NCBI RefSeq assembly: GCF_009914755.1
Contig: NC_060926.1
Direction: 5' to 3' (one strand)
DNA length: 64,000 nt
Source: the human T2T-CHM13v2.0 reference genome, Homo sapiens
A model generated the notes under the pieces. That model saw only the letters and a list, made by a program, of their open reading frames with translations. It ran no database searches and was not told where the DNA came from. Of the stretch, positions 28,676 to 43,310 are shown one piece after another (the first letter of the stretch is position 1; every line of letters begins with the position of its first letter). A program made the translations under genes and the position numbers.

Positions 28676-31600
28676 ATGGATGTAGAGAAAAGTCAATTAA
28701 CTTCTAGTCTATGGAATAAACAATTAAAAAGTAATGTTGAGTGGAAATGTTTCCTTCTCTCTTTCATTTTCAGCAGTCTCAGTGACATTGCTGCAGACTT
28801 CAAATAAATAACTGTCTGCTCTCCAGCACATCTTTTGAAATTGTCTCTAGGGGTCCCTTTTATACCACCTCATTTCTCTTCCTTGCCTCTCTTTGTCTTG
28901 TAAGGTCTCTTTCTCTCTCTTTTTTATTGCCCCTCACCTCTAATATCCCCACCTCTTTGCATGTTTAGTCTGGCTTTTCTGGCCTCCTCTGCATCTCAGA
29001 CAATTTCTTTGGAATCCTTGGCGTTTGCCGGGAGCACTAGCGTATCAGAATCTGCAGTTCCTGTTTGAGAACTGCCCAGGGCCCATTTCCATCTTTCCCT
29101 GCTGTGTTCCCCAAAATCCTTCAGGGAATCCAGCCTTCAAAGACACTGCAGTTACATTCCCACTTTTCTCCCCATCTGTCCTCCTCCAAAACCACTGCAG
29201 CTGCAGAGATTAGGACTTCGTGGAGTGAGGAAGCTGCAGGGTTTCCAGAGTGGACTTTGCCAGCTCACCTCTGGCTCCTAGGAGGCAGAACCCAAATTAG
29301 AGATGCCTGTCTCCAGCCTTCCTGGAAATCCTCCAGATAAAGCCACCTGCGGAGAAGGGAAAGGGAAGGGACAGAAAGACCGAAGAAGGCTTGACTGGTT
29401 TAACCTGAAGTTGTGCTATAGAGGAGAGTAGTGCAGCTTTTTCATCCTTTAAAGCTTTTAAAGCATTTGCATAGCTTTTCCTCAGGCAGATCTTTTGTTT
29501 TATTCTTTCGCAGTTTCTGCTCTCATCTTGCTGGATGAGGGCTGCAAAGCAGACAAGGTGACCCGCCTAACTGGCCTTCCTACCTTCCTCCTGTTTTTTC
29601 TCCTTTTTTTCCTCTTTTGCTTTCTCCATTTCTTCCTCATTTTCTCCCTTTCTTCCATAAAAATTCTCTGAGTGCCTATACAATAACATTCTATGCCTCC
29701 TAAATATAGTCTGGGCCTTCCTGTTTCTTCTCCAAAAATGTAATCTCCCAGGCACTCAGAAAGATACTCACAACTACCACAAATGGGGAAATGCTAAGGA
29801 TTCTTACATGAAAAAAGCTGAGGCATTAGGAAAGGAGGAGCTTGATGATTGGAATGCAAGGCCAGAGGAAGTCCCACTTGGGATCTCTTTCTCATTTCAA
29901 AGAGTAGGTAACTACTCTTGGAAGTTGTTGAAGCTTTTAAGAAGCAAAGTGGTGAGTTTCTCAACACCTTTACCAATTAACAATTTAATTTAACCCCTCC
30001 TCTGTTGGTAAATCTTTACAGAATTGGGATGAGCTCTGTCTTGGATGGAGTCTGTTTCTAACAAATGCTCTCGGGTTAGTTAGATGTTACCTGATCTTGC
30101 TGATATACCCATTCATATACCCTTGCAGAATACCCATTCCAGGGTATTCTGAACACCAGATAGATAGCCTTTGCAGAGATGCGGAGATTTGTAGTTGCTA
30201 AGTGCCCCGCTTTGGTTTACTACACTGTGAATCACCTCCCCATTACATGTGAGTCACATGTGATAGGATTACAGCATCAGGAATATTGTCTTGGGCAAGC
30301 TATAGATTTTCTATTTGGGTTGCATGTAGTTATGAATTCCAAACATTGTGGAGAGGCTCCCTAGGGAGTTTCACAGAATAACAGTTCAGCATCAGTATCA
30401 AACATATGGTTTCCTAATTGATAACAGCAATATATTTTCACTGTTCTCAAGGTCTTTTTCTTTGTTTTGAGTGATTTCTATGCTCCTAAAATTAGTGATT
30501 ATTTAGGAAAATAGGAAGGCTCTCTCCACAGAAATGATCACATTTAATTAATCTAAACTGACAGTGTCCATCTTCATTATGCATAGTGAATATAAACATT
30601 AATTTTCCTAAAGTATCAAATGGTACAGAGATATATTAAAGAATGATTGATAGTTTTACTATCCCAATGGTTAATTCATATGACTAATAGAACATATGAG
30701 CTGGACAAGATCCATATAAGTCACCTAATCCATCCCTCCAATCCATTTTTAAAATAGTATCTTCAGGAAATTTTTTTATCTTAAAGACACCCCTACAATA
30801 TGAATTCGTTGTCTGGAAAAGCAATGATTTTAATGACCTTTTAAAATATTTCCACAATATCTGTACAATGTCTTTTATAGTGGAAACTCAATATTTGTCA
30901 ATTAAATATTTGTTCTAATAAGAATCAGTTGCATGTACCTTGTTAATTATATCAAAAATTAAATTTCTACTGAAACCATGTGCACAATTAACATTTCTTT
31001 AAGTATCTTTGTTAGTAACGAAAAAAACTAGATTAAAAATTATTTTATACTTGAATGACAGAGAGAGACCCTATCTCAAAAAAATTATTTTATGATTTAT
31101 TTTTTGTAAAGATATTAAAGCATTATATTAATACCTCTAAGAGTGCTTTAAAATCTATTTACATGTTTATCCTTTTTGTCTCTTAATAAGTAAAAAGATA
31201 AAGTATTTTTACCTATTTACAAGAATAAGAATATTGATAAGTAAAAGAGGGAATATAAATCTAGACTGTGGTAGCTATGTGCTCCACTTAGATCATGCTC
31301 TCTTGAGCTATGGAATTATTTTAACATGTTCACCCTGTGAGGGGACCACATCATTGCATTTCTCATTTACAGTTTGTTTCTAAAGGTAACTTATGCACTC
31401 TTAAGTGAATCAAAATAGTTTGCGTTGCTCCCAGCTTAAATCATTGAGAACTTTTACTAATGGAAGGGTCTTGGGGATGCTTTAGAAACTATTTAATGAA
31501 TGAAACAGAAATGGAATAGTAAATTACTGAGGAATCTTCAAAGAGGTTTGACACTTTAATCATAAGGTGCCTGTGAATATGTTCAAGAGCTGTTCTATAC

Positions 31601-32929
31601 CCCTATCAGCTAACTTAAAGTATGCAGATTGGGTAATTTTCACAATTCTTACACTTTCTCTGGATTTCTCCACCTCTTTACTTAATTTACTGCAGTCCTA
31701 ACACAGACGACCTGCTGTGTAACCATCAATTGTTTATTCTTTTTTTTAATGCATGGTAATTCCAAGGACTTACTGGATTATTTCCAGGTGAGCATTCTAT
31801 TTCCTTTTGTTCTAAATTACAATTAAGACTTGGAGTACTCTCATTCACCAAGTGGTCTTCAAGCTCAATGTACCTAATACAATAATTACTGAACTTTTTG
31901 TAGAAAGTAGATCTCTTTTACTTAAAAACGATTTTATTTTTATGAGGCATTGCTTATAAAAGGCAAAGTGTTAACAAATCAGTTAAATTTATCTGCAATT
32001 ATTATCGATGCATAGAATGAATCCTATTCATTGCTGCCCATATAATACTTTTCTGAAAATAGAAATCTCTCACTTTTTAAGTATACTTTTTCCTCCTTTT
32101 TTTGGATTTTGTTTATTATTTCTTAGGCTCTGAAAGACTATGAACTTTTGAGGAGCTTTATGTAAATAGTTTTTTGTTTTTTTTGGCAAATCATTAACAT
32201 GTTAAACGTACTTTGAAACCTGGGTGAATTTTTTCTAATGTAAATCAACAGATCCTAATATTTCTGTTATCTTATATTTTAGAATCTTTTTGCAGTTCAA
32301 GAGTTCTTGAAATAGTAAACGCTGGTGTTACAGGAGACTAGTGTTTTATATTTTGCATTGGTTTTAGTAATTTGTGATTGGCGTGTTTATTTCTGATTTC
32401 TTGAAGTCCAATTTTAAATTTTGAGTAAAATGTCCCGTTGGAGACCCATCAAGCATTATTAATAAAGTTGAAATGCTTATTAATATAATATTTTGCTTTT
32501 AATGTATCAAGTAGTGCTGCACAAGGCTCACTTTCAATTAGCAAGTTCTGTTTGCTGAAATTCTTGGCATTTGATGTTACGAGTTAATGGAAGACTATCA
32601 ATTTTGTTAATTCCAGAAGTTCAAGAGTTTCTGTAACTTTATATAAAGTGCTTGATGTTTTTTGCTTTCTTGTTCTTATGAAAAATTTTATGAAAAATGA
32701 AAGGAAATTGTGAAGTAAACTTAAATCCTATGTATAAAATTGTTATTCTTTTAAATGATTATAAAGGTATTCATTCTTGAGTGAGATGAAAACCACTAAA
32801 CTATTAGTCTTTCCTCATTTTTAGTTTGTGAATGGGAAACTTCTAACCATGATTTCAGTTGGCTCAGAGAAAATTATGAGAGGAAGTATAAAGTTCTTCA
32901 GCTAGGTATATTAATACTTAGACAAAAAT

Positions 32930-33110
32930 TCCCAGGGCCATAGTTTATTAGTTCTGTGACCTTGAATAAATTGTTTAAACTCTCAGCCTCAGTTTCTAAT
33001 AGTAATTCACAGGATTCTTGAACAGAAAATAGAAGATTATATATGTAAAGAATATAATGGCTTATTATTGAAAATGTACAATAAATAATAGTTATCCTTA
33101 TCATTAGCAT
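32930..33110 (+). mobile_element. MIR
   Basis: tgtgaccttgaataaattgtttaaactctcagcctcagtttc. Confidence 0.7.
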
Positions 33111-35134
33111 CACTTTAATCAGAAATCAATAGCTCATAAACCACTTTGGTCACTGAGTTGAAGCAATCTCCGTTCATTGCACAACTTCTAAATAAGGAAT
33201 CAAATAGTGAACAGTTTACGGTGCTTACCCTACCTTATAAAACTTAGATTTATTGAGAAAGTGTGCCAAGCTCTGTGTAGTCACTGCAGAACAAAATTAA
33301 GTAAGATACAATCCCAGCCTTCAAGAATTTATGCCTAATGGAGAAGACAGATAAATGCAATTTTAAGTCAAGTGAAATGAAAAGGTGGTATGGATGCACA
33401 GAATTATTTCAGAATGAAATAAATCCCTGCACTAAGACTTCAGATTTTCTCTTATTCCTTCTTTAAATGCATCCCCTTTCCATTATGCCTTTACTTTATC
33501 ATCATCACCCTACTATATAATGCCAGCATATAATTGAGTCCAGAATATGGAAGTGAAAGGAAATTTTTGAGTTTATTTCCTTATTGGATATATTTTATTA
33601 TCTATGAATTACTGTTCAGTGTAGCTAAATAACACGTTTCCCTTCTCCCCCAACCTGCACTCACAGTTGATCACTGAACTTCAATAAAAAACGTTTCAGG
33701 AGCTCCGCTTTTTTGGTTAAATATTACACTGTGATACTTCTATCTTTTAATACTTTCCCAAAACAGGATTTCTATCTGATACTCTCCCCACACCTCCTCT
33801 ATTTTTCCAACCCATTTCGCGACTAATCATTCAATGTGTGTCTGTGGGAAGAGTCTCCTATGAGCTACTCTTTCATTCTTTTCTCCCAGGCTTTTACAAT
33901 AAAGAAAAGATACCTTCCAACTGCTCTTTCCTACTGAACCAAAAACAATGTTTCTAGCCCCTCTCCACATTTCCCCCACCCCCACACACATCAAATCCAA
34001 AGTGACCTTATTGTTTTTAACTCCTCAAAGAGCATTTTCAATTTCCTTCAGGTTTTCCCCCCTTCTTCCTCTATTTCCTGCCCAATTTCCTAGGAAATTT
34101 CAGGCATATTTCTAATCTGTAGATAAAAAAGGACATCTTTTTCTCTTTTTGAAGTCTACAAAACTTGCACCTAAATTCTGAGGTTTCTTTGTATAATAGG
34201 ACAACTCCTGGATGATTCATAGAATTGAGTAGGGTTATTGTTCTAATTAATCTTTTGAGTTTATTTTCTCACTGGTGAAAATAGGGATAATGTAGTTATC
34301 TTATATGAATGTTGAAGTCCTAATATAGTGATGTGTATATAGCACCTGAAAGAGCTTGGAATATAAATAATTCCTTCTCCCCCTGCACACCCCAATCTTC
34401 TTTCCTGCCCACATCTTATCTTTTCTGACCACCTTCTCAGTTACATTTCACCATTTCTCCTTGGCTAGTGTTCTAGGTGTCCTGCTGCATTTTTTCCAAG
34501 TATATCTTCCTAATTGGCTCATAGTTAAATAATAGGTAACATAACACATATCCCAGGTAGCATGGTGAGCGCAGTCCTAGAAAGCGTGTGCTAACTGAAT
34601 CAATGCCCTAGCTTAGGCCTGTGTTCCTGCATCTGTTTAGAAAACCTCTTTCATTTGTTTAAGACATGTCTTCTGCTAAACTTTTCAGAGCCTCTAGTGA
34701 CTAATGTTCAGTTGATGAACAGTCCTCTCCCACTCCAGTGATTCTGTGGTGCTCTTCATAAATAATGTCAGAGGACATCTGACAGTGCTTAATTATCTTC
34801 TGATTTTTATCCTCTTTTTTCCATTACCTTTTCCCCCAAGGTGCCCTGAGCACCTGTTAAACACTTCAGGAGACGCCTATGCCTCAACTCTTATGCAGGA
34901 TCTGGTGATATCACTTGCATATCTTTTGTTTATCACATAAATGGTTCTCAAATAACACCAAATAAATGGCAGAAGAGGGAGGCCATACACACAACACATG
35001 TTGCAGAACATGTTCAGATCAGGTTTAGCCTATCAGAACCTTCATTTGCTGAGTGTTTGTAGAAGTGTGCACTAATGCAGATTGACCAAGTGCAGAGAAT
35101 GGTACTCAAGGTAGGGCTGAGGTAGAGATGCACA

Positions 35135-35185
35135 TACATCCAGATAGATAGATACATACATACACACATACATGATATATACACA
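35135..35185. repeat. Compound (CATA/GATA/TA) microsatellite
   Basis: Seen directly. Confidence 0.7.
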
Positions 35186-35679
35186 GTATGTTCAATGTAC
35201 TGTAATAGATTGTTTTGTATAGTTTTAAGCAAAATATTTAAGAGTAATAGCTTCATAACAAATCATTACTTACAAGACAGCATTAAAAAGGAAGGCCTAT
35301 TGAAATTTCTTCATTCTAGATCAAGTGCATAATTGAAAGGGAGGATGGTTTAAATTTGGTGGTAAGAATACCTATCAGCGTTTTGGAAATATATCTTTAC
35401 AGAAACAAAGAGTTTTTTGAAACACTTCTTTGGGGAAAAATGCTTACTAAATCCCACTCTTCGATATTCCCAGTGCTCATTTTCATGTTAATAATAAGTC
35501 TGAGTGGTCCTGTGGTAAAGACCACTGAATCTGTTTAGCTTTGATTAATTGTATATTTCCAAACCTGTTTGTACAGGAAACTTATGTGAAAATATACTTA
35601 TCAACATTTCATTGTTGTTCTGAAGAACTCAGTTAGAAAAACTGCTTTAGAAAGACAAAAGCTGAACTATGTAATAGAA

Positions 35680-35890
35680 AGTACACAAACTTAGTAGTCA
35701 TTAAATGTGTGTTTTAGGCATCACACCTGTGCTTTAGGCATCATAGTGTGTAGCTGTGGAAGACTTACTTCTCTGAGTTTTAGTTTCCTCATGTGAGAAT
35801 AACTATGATATTACCTACCCTTTGTAGTTACGAGATATTGTGAGCATACTTCACAGACTGCATAATAGCATGTGACAATAAAAAATTTAT
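35680..35890 (+). mobile_element. MIR
   Basis: ctctgagttttagtttcctcatgtg..tacctacc. Confidence 0.65.
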
Positions 35891-37680
35891 TGTTCATATC
35901 ATTCAACTTTAGAATTTTAGATTTTAAAAAGGTGATTTATAATCAAATTATTGATCTTCTGCAAATTATTATATTATGGTTATATCTGCTAAAATATGTC
36001 CCCTGTCTTCTCCCCACCCCTACTCTAGGTCCTGGGAAAGAATGATAGATCTATGATAACTAGGTCTTCACAGTTAAATTGAAAAAATGATTTTGAAGTA
36101 AAATAATCTGGAAGGAAAAGCCTAAATTATGGAAGGTTTGAGACACATCTGTATCGTTTAAATTTGCCTCTGGATTTCTCATGCTCTGGTTGTAGAACTT
36201 GAGCCCACAGCCATTTCTCAGTGGTGTGAACATGTCTTGGCTTCCAAAGAGACCCTTGTGGAAAGAAAAGCAACCACAGTCAAGCTCACGTGTTTGCTCT
36301 AGCAAAGAAGCTTTGGAAATAAGATTTTCATCCTACTGGGGTTAAGAGAAGCCCATGAGAGTAACTGGGACTTCCCTTCCAGGAATCAGCATGCATATAC
36401 AGACCCAAATAATGTGAGTAAGGACAGTAAGACCAACAGGAGAAACTAAAGAGACCCACATATGCATGCAAACACAGGTACTCTGTCTTGGATAAGCTCT
36501 TGAACTCATGAACAGAGATGAGTTCTCTTCAAGGACTATGGAAATCACTTTGCAAGAGCTGTTCTGATTATGAAAATCTGAACCTTACTTAGATATCCTA
36601 ACCCAGTCATCCTAAGGGAATGCAACAAAAAGTTGCTTCTCAGTCCTCTTAGCACATCTGAACACATAATCACTGTATACATGCCAACTCTCGCATAAAA
36701 CTGGAAATTTCTTGAGGGAAGAAATCATGTCTGATACATGTCTAAGTCCCCTTTGGAGAGCTGTACCACTGAGGCCAGCAGAATAGGTGGAGCAGTAAGT
36801 CAACTGTGCATTGACCCATCAATAAATTGTGGAGTTTGGAACTTCCCAGTCAGGAGTTGTTAAAGAGTCCTCACACACCCCAGGATAATGGCAAAGCATT
36901 TGGGCATCTGACTCACAGAGTGCCAGATTACACAGGCACCAGTCAAATAAGACCTTGTCCATTTCCTATATAGTCCCCTTCTCTGCCCCCTCCCTAGAAA
37001 CAGCAGAGCAAGTAATACAAGAGGGAAGCCAGCAGGACAAAAGAACGTATTACCCCCTCTCCCCACTGCTAGATTGAAATCCTAGTTAAGGAAAGACTGA
37101 ATTGGTATAGTGGAAATTTATATTTAAATTAGACTAAACTTTTTAATATCTAGAAACAACCACTTTTCTGGTACCTACAAGTGACAGAAAAAATATAAAT
37201 CAGCCCAAGATATCATCTTGGAATGGGGAAGGGAGGCATGATAGAGCATGTTTGCAGCAGTGATGAGAGAATAATGTAGCCAATACTTTGATAAAGTGGC
37301 TATACAAGGAATAATAAAAAATGGCATATGATTCATTCTTAAAACAAGAGGCCTTGGCCAGAATTGCTGGTATGGGTATTAGAAGAAATCCATGAGAACT
37401 GGAAGAGGACAGGGGAAAGTGATCTAGATCCAAGTCACCAATGGCATAGGAGAAACTGGGAAAGCTGACATTCTTCCAAAGAGGTGCTCAGTAGAAGACC
37501 ATGTACTTAGAAGGCTTACCTATATCATTCATCTTTGGCTGTTAGCCAAAATTGAATTAATCTGAATATTGAAAGTTATCTCTAGGCTAGGTCTCAAGAG
37601 CAAGTAAATGAAAGCAGAAATCATTTATGCCTTCTAATAATAATAGCTAGCAATTTTGTTAAAAAAAAAAAAAAAAAAAA

Positions 37681-38190
<510 letters not shown>

Positions 38191-39409
38191 TACAACCAAT
38201 CTACACACGTCTTTTTATTTTTTAATTTTTTTATTAGGGAAAGCGTACATATTTGGAGAGAATAATATAATAAGCCCCCATGTACCCATCACCCAATGTT
38301 AATCAGTATTAAGTCCACTTTGTTTCACTGCCGTCCCCATCCTTCCTCTCTCTAATGGGTTAATTTGAACGAATTAAGACATATCATTTTGTGTGTAATA
38401 GTTTACATATATCCACAATAGTATTAGCACAGCAAAAAAAATCACTTAATATCATCAAATATAAAGCCAGTGTTCAAATCTCCTAAGTATTTTTTTTAAT
38501 CTCCTAAGGATTTTTATAGTTTATTTGAATCAGGGTGCCAATTAAGTCTATACATCCCAGTTGTTGAAAAGATAGCACCCTGTTTATATGAGACATGACT
38601 GCATCTCACTGGAGAGAAGTATATTGTGGATTAAAGAGATGTGGCTTTAAACTAAAGATAGGCCTTATCACTCTGAACAAGTTGTCTAAATTTTGGAAAA
38701 TGAAAATTGTACTCCTGAGATTAATTGTAAGGATAAACATAATGTCTTTGAAAGTGCTTAGAACAGTCTCTCGCATATACAAGATCTTCAGTGAATGTTA
38801 AGTCTCCTATAAAAAGAGGGGGAGGGGGAAAGAGAGAAAGAGAGAACAAGAGGGAGGGAGGAAAGAAAAAGGAAAAATGGAATAGTAGGCCAAAAAGCGT
38901 GGCCTTCTTATTAAGAGGAAACTTCTTGAAGTGCTTTGGCAACTGATCTTTTGAGAGCACTCCCATTTTGTTCCTGGATGGATATTTGACCACAGTTGTG
39001 CCAAAGTAGCTAATGTCTAATGGCTCTGAATCTTCCCCACTGACATGTTTATAGTTCTGCTGTTTCCCATATGAAAAGGCAGAAAATCTGTAACTTTGAA
39101 ATTATCTCAAATTCAGAAAAATGACAGTATTATAAAATATCTTTAACTTCATACCGATTAAAACTAATAGAAAAATTAAAATATGGCATACATTGTATTA
39201 GCAGTGATTGCTGTTATGTTACAGAGGTAACATAGTTTTAAAAAACAAATAAGGGCAATTAATTTGATTCAGATTTGAGTTTGCTTTGTTTTCATATGAA
39301 CTTGAGCAAGTTACTTCACTCCTCAAAGTCTGGTTCTTAGGGTGTAAAAGGGAAGTTTTGAAAAAAAAATCTAAATATCAGACATCAGCAACATGGGAAA
39401 ATGGAAAAA

Positions 39410-39600
39410 TAATGGACTATATGTCAGAACCAAATTTGAATTCTAATTCCACTACTTAATGTCTTCTTGGCCTTAGCCAAATAATTTAATCTCTTTGAGC
39501 CCCAGTCTTATTTGTTAAATGCAAATTATAACGTATCTCACGAAATTGTTGTGAGGACTAGAAATAATATCCATTAAATGCTTAGCGGAACCCTCTCTTT
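39410..39600 (+). mobile_element. MIR
   Basis: tttgaattctaattccactactta..ctctttgagccccag..gttgtgagga. Confidence 0.65.
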
Positions 39601-41213
39601 TATTTGAAACTCATTGGTGGTTATTATTAGTTTGTTTTTAATAAAGAAGTAGTAGTATTTGCTGTCCTCAATTCAAGAGCTCTTAATTTAAATTGAGAAG
39701 TTAAATAAATTCATAATAAAGAAGTAGGGAACTGAGCATAGCCAACAGACCATCTTTTGCACTGGGTAGATCTAAAACCATGTATGAAGTTAATGGACAC
39801 TTTATGTAGAACAATGGATAGATGAATTCAACACACAGTATTTATAAGGGCTCATAATGCAATGACAGTATACTGCTTATGACTACTTATTTAGAGAATG
39901 TAAAGTGAGCAGCTTCTATGTTATCTGAGAATCACCTCCTCAAATGCCAACTGGAGGTTGCTGGTAAGGAGTACCCAAATCTTCATAATAGGTCTATAAG
40001 TTTATACATCTGTAAATGGAAACTCAATGAGAGGTGAATAATAGAGGGAAGGCTAAAAATCTACACAGTATTCCAGCTATCTTCTCTGGATTGTGATTAT
40101 TGGTTCCTATGGTAGATAATTAGGAATAAAGTCATTTATTTGAATTTGTTTCTAGCTTGGATACCACCGATTGTTATCATGGTGACTGAGATCACCTCAT
40201 TGTAACAGTGAGAATATTCATTTTGTCATTGTCTAGGATTAGATAGAAGTACAGAACTCTTTTTTTTATAATTAAATGAAGAAGACATTACTTTTTCTTT
40301 CAGAACACTTTTTTTTCTAGTTTTTTAAACTCATTTAACAAAACTCTAACAACCAGAACTAAAGAGGGCTGCGATTGACATTCCAGGTAATTCATTAATC
40401 AGATACCTGGTCCTTCAAGTCACTACTCTATATAACAGCTCTTAAGTGAGACTCAGTGAGGGTTGGGAATTTGCCTTTTTTAAGTAAAAAGAGTAATATT
40501 CGCTCATTGTGAAAATTTGGAAAACAAAACAGAAAAAAGAATAAAAATCACCTGCAATCTATTACTAAGTTATATTTTCCTCCATTTTCAATATTGTTTT
40601 CTAATAGAGACTGCTCATTTCTTTAAAATTTATATTCTACATTTTTAATAACATTATAGCAGAAACATGATCTTTTCAATTAAAATTCTTTGCAAATGTA
40701 TATTTTAAATACTTGGATTACACTCCATCGTATATATGAACAAGGTTTAGCTCACTGTTCTCTTATTGTTTTACATTTTAACTTTTAAAATACCACTTAA
40801 AGGAAAATCTTTGTGCACATAACTCTGACTACAGGCTGCATAGTGTCCTCAGCATAGATTTCTGCCCATCTCTGGCAGAGTGTGAAATTTGAATGTAAGT
40901 TTGCTGCTTTTTATGGCAGAGGCTTGGGCCCTAGAAAGTAGTAGGCCTGAGAGGTCATAACACTTAGAAGATTGAGGAAAATTCACCTAAACTAGTTACT
41001 AATTCTCAGGGCCAGCATTATGAGCAGATGGCTGCATTCCTTTCCGAACTGAAAAGCCTATTCTAATCAAAACCTACCTGCAATTGCCCAAAAGTCCATT
41101 ATTTTTGTCACTTTGTTTTGGAGCAGGAAACAGAAAAGAGAGCCAAGTCTAGGCTGAGATCCTGGAGCACTGATTAATACAGTTTTTATGCCATGCTTTG
41201 CCTGTATGATCAT

Positions 41214-41272
41214 TGCTACTACTGCTACCACCATCATCATTATCACCTTCATAAATATCATCTTCATCATAT
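41214..41272. repeat. Degenerate trinucleotide (ACT/ACC/ATC) tract
   Basis: Seen directly. Confidence 0.65.
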
Positions 41273-43079
41273 CCAGTGGTAGTCTTCCTGAACAGTCTGT
41301 GAATTCCTACAACGTAGACTCAGGGCCTCATTAATCTTTGAATTTCTCAAAATTCTCTATACCTAAATAGTCCTCAGGGAACATTGTTAGGTGCTTTAAA
41401 ACAGAATTCACTCATTTATGTTTTAGTTTAAATAAATTTCTAATCATTTTTTCTCCAAAGAGAGTATTGTTAAAATAAAGTAAGTAGAAGGCTCTTGGGT
41501 TCCCAGGAGGTAGTGAATGACAAATTTCATTTGCTTAGTTTGTCCTGTCTCTTACCAGCCCCAACCCTACTGTGACACTTGGAGGAAACTCTTAACCATA
41601 GGATTTTTTCTCACTCATATGAAAAACATTTCTTTTGCTTCTGCTATATGCCAGAAATTGAATTTAGCCCCAGAGACATAAAGATCCTTAAGACAAATAT
41701 CTTTTTTCAAGAAGCTAATGGTCTAAAGCAGGAGCTAAATGAAATGGGCCAGGTGTTACACGAGTGTTAAAATGATGGTATTTTGACCAAGCAGAATACC
41801 TGCCTCATTTCTTTGCCTTTTAAAACATGGCATCAAACAAAATAACCAATACGAACACATCTATGGTTTTATGTGGTTCAGGATCCATGAGTTTTACACC
41901 CCAGAACTAAAAGAAGAACTCTTGGACCCTGACTTTTACTTCCATTTTAAGGGTAGTTTTTAAAAGATCTTTGTAACAAATGCAGGCAGAGTCCATATGC
42001 CAGTGAAAATGTAACGTTTATGAACCCCTGCTTTTACATCAGTTATTATAAGAACCATGTTTATTCAACTGAACAACCATATATTGGTAGAATCTAATAA
42101 AAGGAAGTAAATTATTAAATATGCCAGTTCATCACTTCTTAAATCAATTGGATCATTAAAAGTCATTGGTAGGCAGACATCATGATAGAAGGAAAATTGT
42201 GGCTGTAGTGTCACACAGACCTTAATTCAAACCCCTACATCAGAAGCTGCATGGCTTCTGATTCCTTGCCTGTGAAACAGAAACTGTTAAGTCTATTTCA
42301 CATAGTCCTTGTACAGATTAGATAGGATTGTGCATGTAACATACTTAGGACAGAGCGGGGGATAGGGTAGATGTGTAAAACCAGATAGTTATCATTGTTC
42401 ACAGTGGCATATGTATAACTAAGTCCCACAGTTCTTTCCAGGACTTATTCACATTTAAATGAAGCTCTTAGGCTGAACATTTCTTGTGTAGTTCACCAGG
42501 GTATTATTTTCAGAGCCCAGTTCTGTGCTTACCATTCTATAGATTCTCAATATATATGCATTGCATGAATCAAAGGACACCAAATGGTCTCTAAGAGATG
42601 GAATAGGAAGGTGAGAATTTCTGGCCAAAGGAGAAAGATATTTCAGGGGCAAAAGGAGCTTACATCTGCCTGAGTTTAGTCATTCAAGGTCTTTTCACTT
42701 TTCACAGATTATTACACCTTAGAACATTCAGGTGTTCCAAAAGTCTCCTCAGTTAATCCAGCAAAGGAGAAAGAGGAAGAGATGGCTTTTTTTTTAAGGA
42801 TGCCATGTTTGTAAACAATCATTAGCACATATCATCTCTTTGCCAAGGACTCTGCCAAGCGCTTTACATGCATACTACCTCACTCATTTTCACAACAATC
42901 CAATGAAATAGATATTATCCCTATTTGAGGTGAAGAAATTGATACAGAAATGTAGGAACTTGCCTAAAATCAGAAAATTTGTGGTCTCTAAAATCCAAAT
43001 TGGATCGATGCTCTTTTTACTCACTTCACCTTGTTTTTATATTCACTATGTAGCTTTTGTATGAGGTACTATCTCTGTT

Positions 43080-43310
43080 TCACCAATTCATTTGTTCTTT
43101 CAACAAATATTTATTGGACATCATTTGCCTAGCACTAAGTGAACTAAAACAACCATAATCCCTGCCTTCATGGAGATTAGAGTCTAGCTGGAGGAATGGA
43201 TATTAAACAAATAATCACAAAATGGCACCACTTACAATTAATTAAGTGCTGTAGACGAAAATAGTAATGCTGTAAGAAAGTGTAACAAGGAGACCTATAT
43301 TTGGGGCTGC
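43080..43310 (-). mobile_element. L2 3' fragment
   Basis: ttcaacaaatatttattg..ccctgccttcatggag..agtctag. Confidence 0.7.

Noticed and set aside
31530-31570. Weak resemblance to an RT 'DLSKAFD' motif
   Set aside because: Requires frameshifts and is too short to call a CR1/L2 fragment by eye.
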